From positions 38,316,001-38,380,000 of the forward strand of contig OX597825.1 in NCBI GenBank assembly GCA_951406725.2: 64,000 nucleotides of DNA. Direction: 5' to 3'. The notes under the pieces are model-generated. The model did no database searches. It saw nothing but the letters and a program-made list of their open reading frames with translations, and had not been told where the DNA came from. Made by a program: the position numbers and the translations under genes. How positions within the stretch are numbered: the stretch's first letter is position 1; every line of letters starts with the position of its first letter. The stretch is from Octopus vulgaris (taxonomy: Eukaryota). This document shows positions 59,395 through 64,000 of the stretch, in pieces.

Positions 59395-59894
59395 CGGTTT
59401 ATTTCTTTATATTAAAAATTTTTATGTATTCATTAAGTCTTTCCTTGTTTGTTTTGCAAAGTAGTGGTTTTGTCTCGAATTATATTATATAATATTTTAC
59501 TATAGAATTGGATTTAATCCTAAATCTGATTTTTCCCTGTAAATTTGGATTTATTCCCTAATATTTATTATTATATATATATATATATATATAAATTAAG
59601 TAGTTAAGGTAAAACAACTGATTCTTCTAGAAACACATCTGCACATCTGCTAACACGATTACTACAATTCAATATGGTGTCTCCGTTGCTGATGTATGTT
59701 AGTCCAAAATACATATTACAATTTAGTTTCCTAATTCCTGTTTTCAAATATAATACGTGTAAGCTTTTATACATAAAACGAAATGTTTTAAATTACTCCT
59801 TTTGTTATGTACTTATATGTATGTATATAATGGTCTTTCCCGTCGAAGACGACGCGTGTGTGTTCTTTTTCCCTGAGTGACCCACACAAATGAC

Positions 59895-60097
59895 TTGTTT
59901 CCAGTGATCAAATGTAGATGCCGTACATTTGCTCACTCACTACATCAAATTGACGTTGCGAGAACAGGTGCAAGGTGTACCAATTGTCAGGTGTTGAAAT
60001 GATTGCAGAGCTGCGTGAGAGGAAGTGGTTTGCTGAAGAATACAACATCTCACCTGGTCTAGGATTTGAAACTATAACCTCCCGATCGGGAATGCAA
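59895..60097 (-). mobile_element. Degraded tRNA-derived SINE family D
   Basis: Minus strand agtttcaaatcctagaccagg (B-box-like), then gttgtattcttcagcaaaccacttc. Confidence 0.6.
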
Positions 60098-60987
60098 AGT
60101 TTGTATTTCAATAATACTGTATTCGTTGAACTTCTTCGTGAAATTTCAAAACTCAAAGTCGTCACTTTAAAATTTGAAATCTAATTATCGTGGAACAAAG
60201 CTAAATAATGTAAATTATATTGTTTGTCAGATATTGAGGCAAACACACAACAAAGAATCATTAAATAAACATAACAACAATAATTAAATAACAATGTGAT
60301 TACCCTTGAAGCATTCATTATTTTAATATCACACACGTTTGAATAATTTATAACACACAACATCGTTTGAAATGCATCCAAGTTGGTTTCAAGGAAAATG
60401 GGATGAGGGTTATGTATTAAAATGGTATGAATGAAAATTATGTTCAGGATTTTTTGTAATATAGCGTGTTAGAAAACGTAATAATATGAATAGCGGTTAT
60501 ACATCTTGATTAAAATGCCATTATTCTTAAAGGATTACAGTAGATGAATGCTTTGAGTTAGCAAAAATAAAGCAATATAACGCCTAGTTTTTCCTTTTCA
60601 AAATGCGTTTGCATACCTGTACAAAAATATCACAAATTTATTTATTTGCATATTTCTAAAATAATTGTTACAATATCAGATCCAATGACACAATGTACTT
60701 AAGTCAAATTTATGGATAACATAAACTTTGATTAAGAATACGTTTTTAAATATCACATTATGGTGAAGTTTGCAGTGAAGATATTAGAATAGGTGCACTA
60801 TAGACAAATTGCTCATTTCGGGAACGCTGAGTTTATACAAACAATTATTTTATCCTCTAGATCGCTTGCACAATAAGAAATTAAAGTACCTAGCGATTTT
60901 TATAAGTTTTTCTTCCATCTCTCAAATTGCCTTCTTGATACCTTGCTATTGTTGCTACTCTCATGTAGTAAATGTGTATGTAGTGTA

Positions 60988-61186
60988 TCGCCATGATAGA
61001 TCGTTAGCTCCTACACTCATTCTTTTCTCTCCTTGTTTCTCTCCTTGTTTTTCTGTGTATTTTTCTGTTGAAGAGTGTAGGCTCGAAACGTAAAGACTTT
61101 TTCTATTCCTGAGCGCTATACTAATACATTTGTTTTTTTGTACTCCACCTGCCTTCGTCTTTTGTTTATTTTCGTAAACTTTCCTG

Positions 61187-61190
<4 letters not shown>
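60988..61190 (+). mobile_element. PLE-terminus-like repeat with variant HHR-like motif
   Basis: ttt CTGTTGA a gagt gtag gctc GAAA cg TA aag at about 61062-61095; related copy at 34210-34400; ends at (TA)n. Confidence 0.5.
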
Positions 61191-61235
<45 letters not shown>

Positions 61236-61414
61236 ACATCTAACATGTTGGTATCGTTGTGATGAAGGCATATCCTGTTGAAGGCATATCATTGTGATGA
61301 AGGCATATTATTGTTGAAAGTTTAAAGGCCTCTATATCAAGATAGAAAACCAAAATACGACATGATGTGTGCGTATGTCCATAACATATGTGTATGTATA
61401 TATAGAGGCTGTGT

Positions 61415-61765
61415 AGGCGCAGGAGTAGATGTGTGTTAAGTAGCTTGCTTACCAACCACATGATACTGGTTTAAGTCTTAGTGCGTGGCACCTTGGGCAA
61501 GTGTCTTCTACTATAGCCTCGGGCGGACCAGAGACTTGTGAGTGGATTTGGTAGACGGAAACTGAAAGAAGCCCGTCGTATATATGTACGTGTGTGTGTA
61601 TGTGTATGTGTGTGTGTCTGTGTTTGCCCCCCCTCCAACATCGCTTGATGTTGGTGTGTTACGTCCTCGGAACTTAGCGGCTCGGCAAAAGAGACTAATA
61701 GAATAAGTACTAAAGGTGGTGCTCAAGCATGGCCGCAGTCGAGTGACTGAAACAAGTAAAAGAGT
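61415..61765 (+). mobile_element. SINE family A, near full length with internal deletion
   Basis: Head, ccttgggcaagtgtcttctac body and tail gcatggccgcagtc..gactgaaacaagtaaaagag. Confidence 0.93.
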
Positions 61766-61888
61766 ATATACACATACATATATGGAATGAACATACGCAC
61801 ACATTATGTCGTATGTGCATTTTCTATCTTTCTAGAGAATCATTTAATGATGTATGTATGTAAGTATGTATGTATGTATGTATGTATG

Positions 61889-61932
<44 letters not shown>

Positions 61933-61994
61933 TTTATATATATATATAAGTGTATATATATATATGTATATATATTCACACATACACGCACGTG

Positions 61995-63300
61995 ATAATT
62001 AAAGACAACGCCACTATCACAACTTATATTTATTACAAAGGCACAGATGCACAGATATGCCTAAATTTCAAATCATGTCACCCAAGACATCCCGTACTGA
62101 CTAGCCAGGAAAATCAGTTCTATAGTAGAAGATCCAAATACCAAGAACATACAACTTATAGAACTCAACGTGTTCCTATTCAAGCAAAAGTACTCTCACC
62201 TGCTTCTAGAGAATAACATATTACGATTAAAATAGTTACCTATAGAACAACTTAGGGCAACACGAGAAATACGAACCCATCCACGGAACGCAATGACATT
62301 TCTAGTAACACAAATATACATCACCAAAACATTTTAACATAATTAAAACAAATTTGCCAATAATGAAACAAAGTGAAAAAACTTTAAAAAGGCTTAATGA
62401 CTCATTAAACACTTATCTTAAACAAAAGGCAACCGCATAACCTAAAGAAACTAGCAACTAAGGCCAAATGCAACATGGAAAAACAGAATAAAGCATTCAC
62501 AGTATAAAGCGTAATGATAACGGGTTTATAACGTGTCACTACATGCATGTTAGTAGATCCATTAGAACAAAAAAGTGGACAGATTTTTGCAAATGCAGAT
62601 ATGAACTGCAAAAGCAGAAATTTGGCCTACTGCATTTAGTGACCTAATTGCGAGGAACTATACACTGGCAAGACGGGGAAAGCATTACCGGAACGCTCGC
62701 AAGTCCACAGACAACAAATTCGGAACACTAATGTTCGCGAAATCCCATTGAGCGAACATAGAAGCATGTGGTCAAAAATTGTTTCTAGTGTTTGCTTTCC
62801 ACAATCTACGTAACAGAATTAAGTTTGTAAGAAAGATAAAAGAAAAACCTTTTATTAATATGTTCAACCCTGTTCTGAACGGAAATAACAACAATAATAT
62901 AACAGCCAATTAATGATGTGGATTGAAAAATAGCTTTAACATATGAATATAAACAAATTACTGAAAACTCCCACCAACTGAAATAAAAACGATCGAAACC
63001 AACTAAGTTTGCTCACTCATAAAATCATTACAAGTAAACCGTAAGATAATAAAGGCGGGATCTATGCCAGTATTATCGGTGCATCAGGAATGACGTATAA
63101 GCTGCATGCGGATTGGTCAAAACTGTATTTAAAAAATTCAGCTTCTTGAAACTTTCTCAGATGTACAAAAAGGAAGAAGTCAGTCATTTTACTATAGTTG
63201 TCATAAACGCAACTGTCAGTTAAATACGTTTTGAAATTTGATGATTACCACGAACGTATGAAAGCTCTAATTGATCTTTAGGTACCTTACAAGACATTTT
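61995..63300 (+). mobile_element. PLE 3' half (RT thumb, GIY-YIG, 3' pLTR), degraded
   Basis: [23 protein letters not shown]; later NLAYCI..PNCEELYTGKTGKALPERSQVHRQQIRN..IPLSEH..FINMFNPVLN. Confidence 0.85.
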
Positions 63301-64000
63301 TTATATAATACTTAACACACATCATACGTTCATTAAAAAACTTGTAAACCAGACCATATCATAACTTTATTCAACTGATGTATTATTCTATAGACATGTA
63401 CACAGATTCGGAAAATATATATATATACATATATACATACACATATATACTTGGAATAAGTATAATTATTATTTCTGTGATATGCTATATTTGATTGATT
63501 GAACATTACTCCATTATCGAGATATATTTTTCTGGATGCATTGTCACACACATTATATATAATAGTGATATATAAAACGTTGGGATTCCTAGATACTGCA
63601 TTTCATGCGCTCCCATACGGATTAAGCGTAATTTCAGCTTCAAAATTATTATCAAACAAACAGTTTTATTTGGTTGTGTGTGCATGTTTGTGCATGTGCG
63701 CGTTGATATGTTTTGAAATTATTTTTCCAGAAAAAAATTGTCAAAGGAATAAGATATCAAATAGTGAATCCCGCCTGTTTTCTTGATTTATGTATCAAAT
63801 AATAACAAACGGCAAGTTTATGAACCATTATTTTACTTGAGATGAATTATTGGTGAAAAGCTGAATATTTCAAGTTAAATACCAATATCAACTCTTCAAA
63901 AGTAAAAACGATTTAATCTTCATTTGAAGATATTTCAAAAGGTAAATGTGTTATTTATTTGGATAAGTTTTAATGCTAAGAATAGATGATGGTCATTTAT

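Larger units (their letters stand above)
59120..59573 (+). mobile_element. Fold-back PLE terminus: ~170-bp inverted arms, each with an HHR, plus ~80-bp tail
   Basis: 59120-59291 is the reverse complement of 59318-59489 (about 3 mismatches); 26-nt spacer; flanked by (TA)n. Confidence 0.9.

Overview
AT-rich, microsatellite-saturated animal DNA. The tRNA-headed SINE families, R4/Dong LINEs and Penelope-like elements (PLEs) look like those of an octopus genome; that is recognition only, not a search result. Most listed ORFs are microsatellite artefacts. Supported content: at least six degraded PLE coding remnants, two R4/Dong LINEs in (TAA)n, a CR1-like LINE 3' end, an intron-containing Tc1 relic, an internally deleted mariner, about 20 SINE copies and Helitron/Helentron-type non-autonomous elements. 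Two things stand out. (1) A dense, diverse set of type I hammerhead ribozyme (HHR) motifs sits in non-coding PLE-type architectures: two fold-back elements with an HHR in each arm, a ~345-bp tandem-plus-inverted array with an HHR-like motif per unit, a tRNA-headed HHR element and a long-stem-II HHR. (2) Three small phase-compatible exons (44172-44236, 53494-53535, 57200-57252), never joined by the ORF track, splice into an 8-cysteine VWC-like peptide, with a candidate TATA/Inr first exon near 41.1 kb. All alignments and folds were done by eye; ends of degraded elements are approximate.
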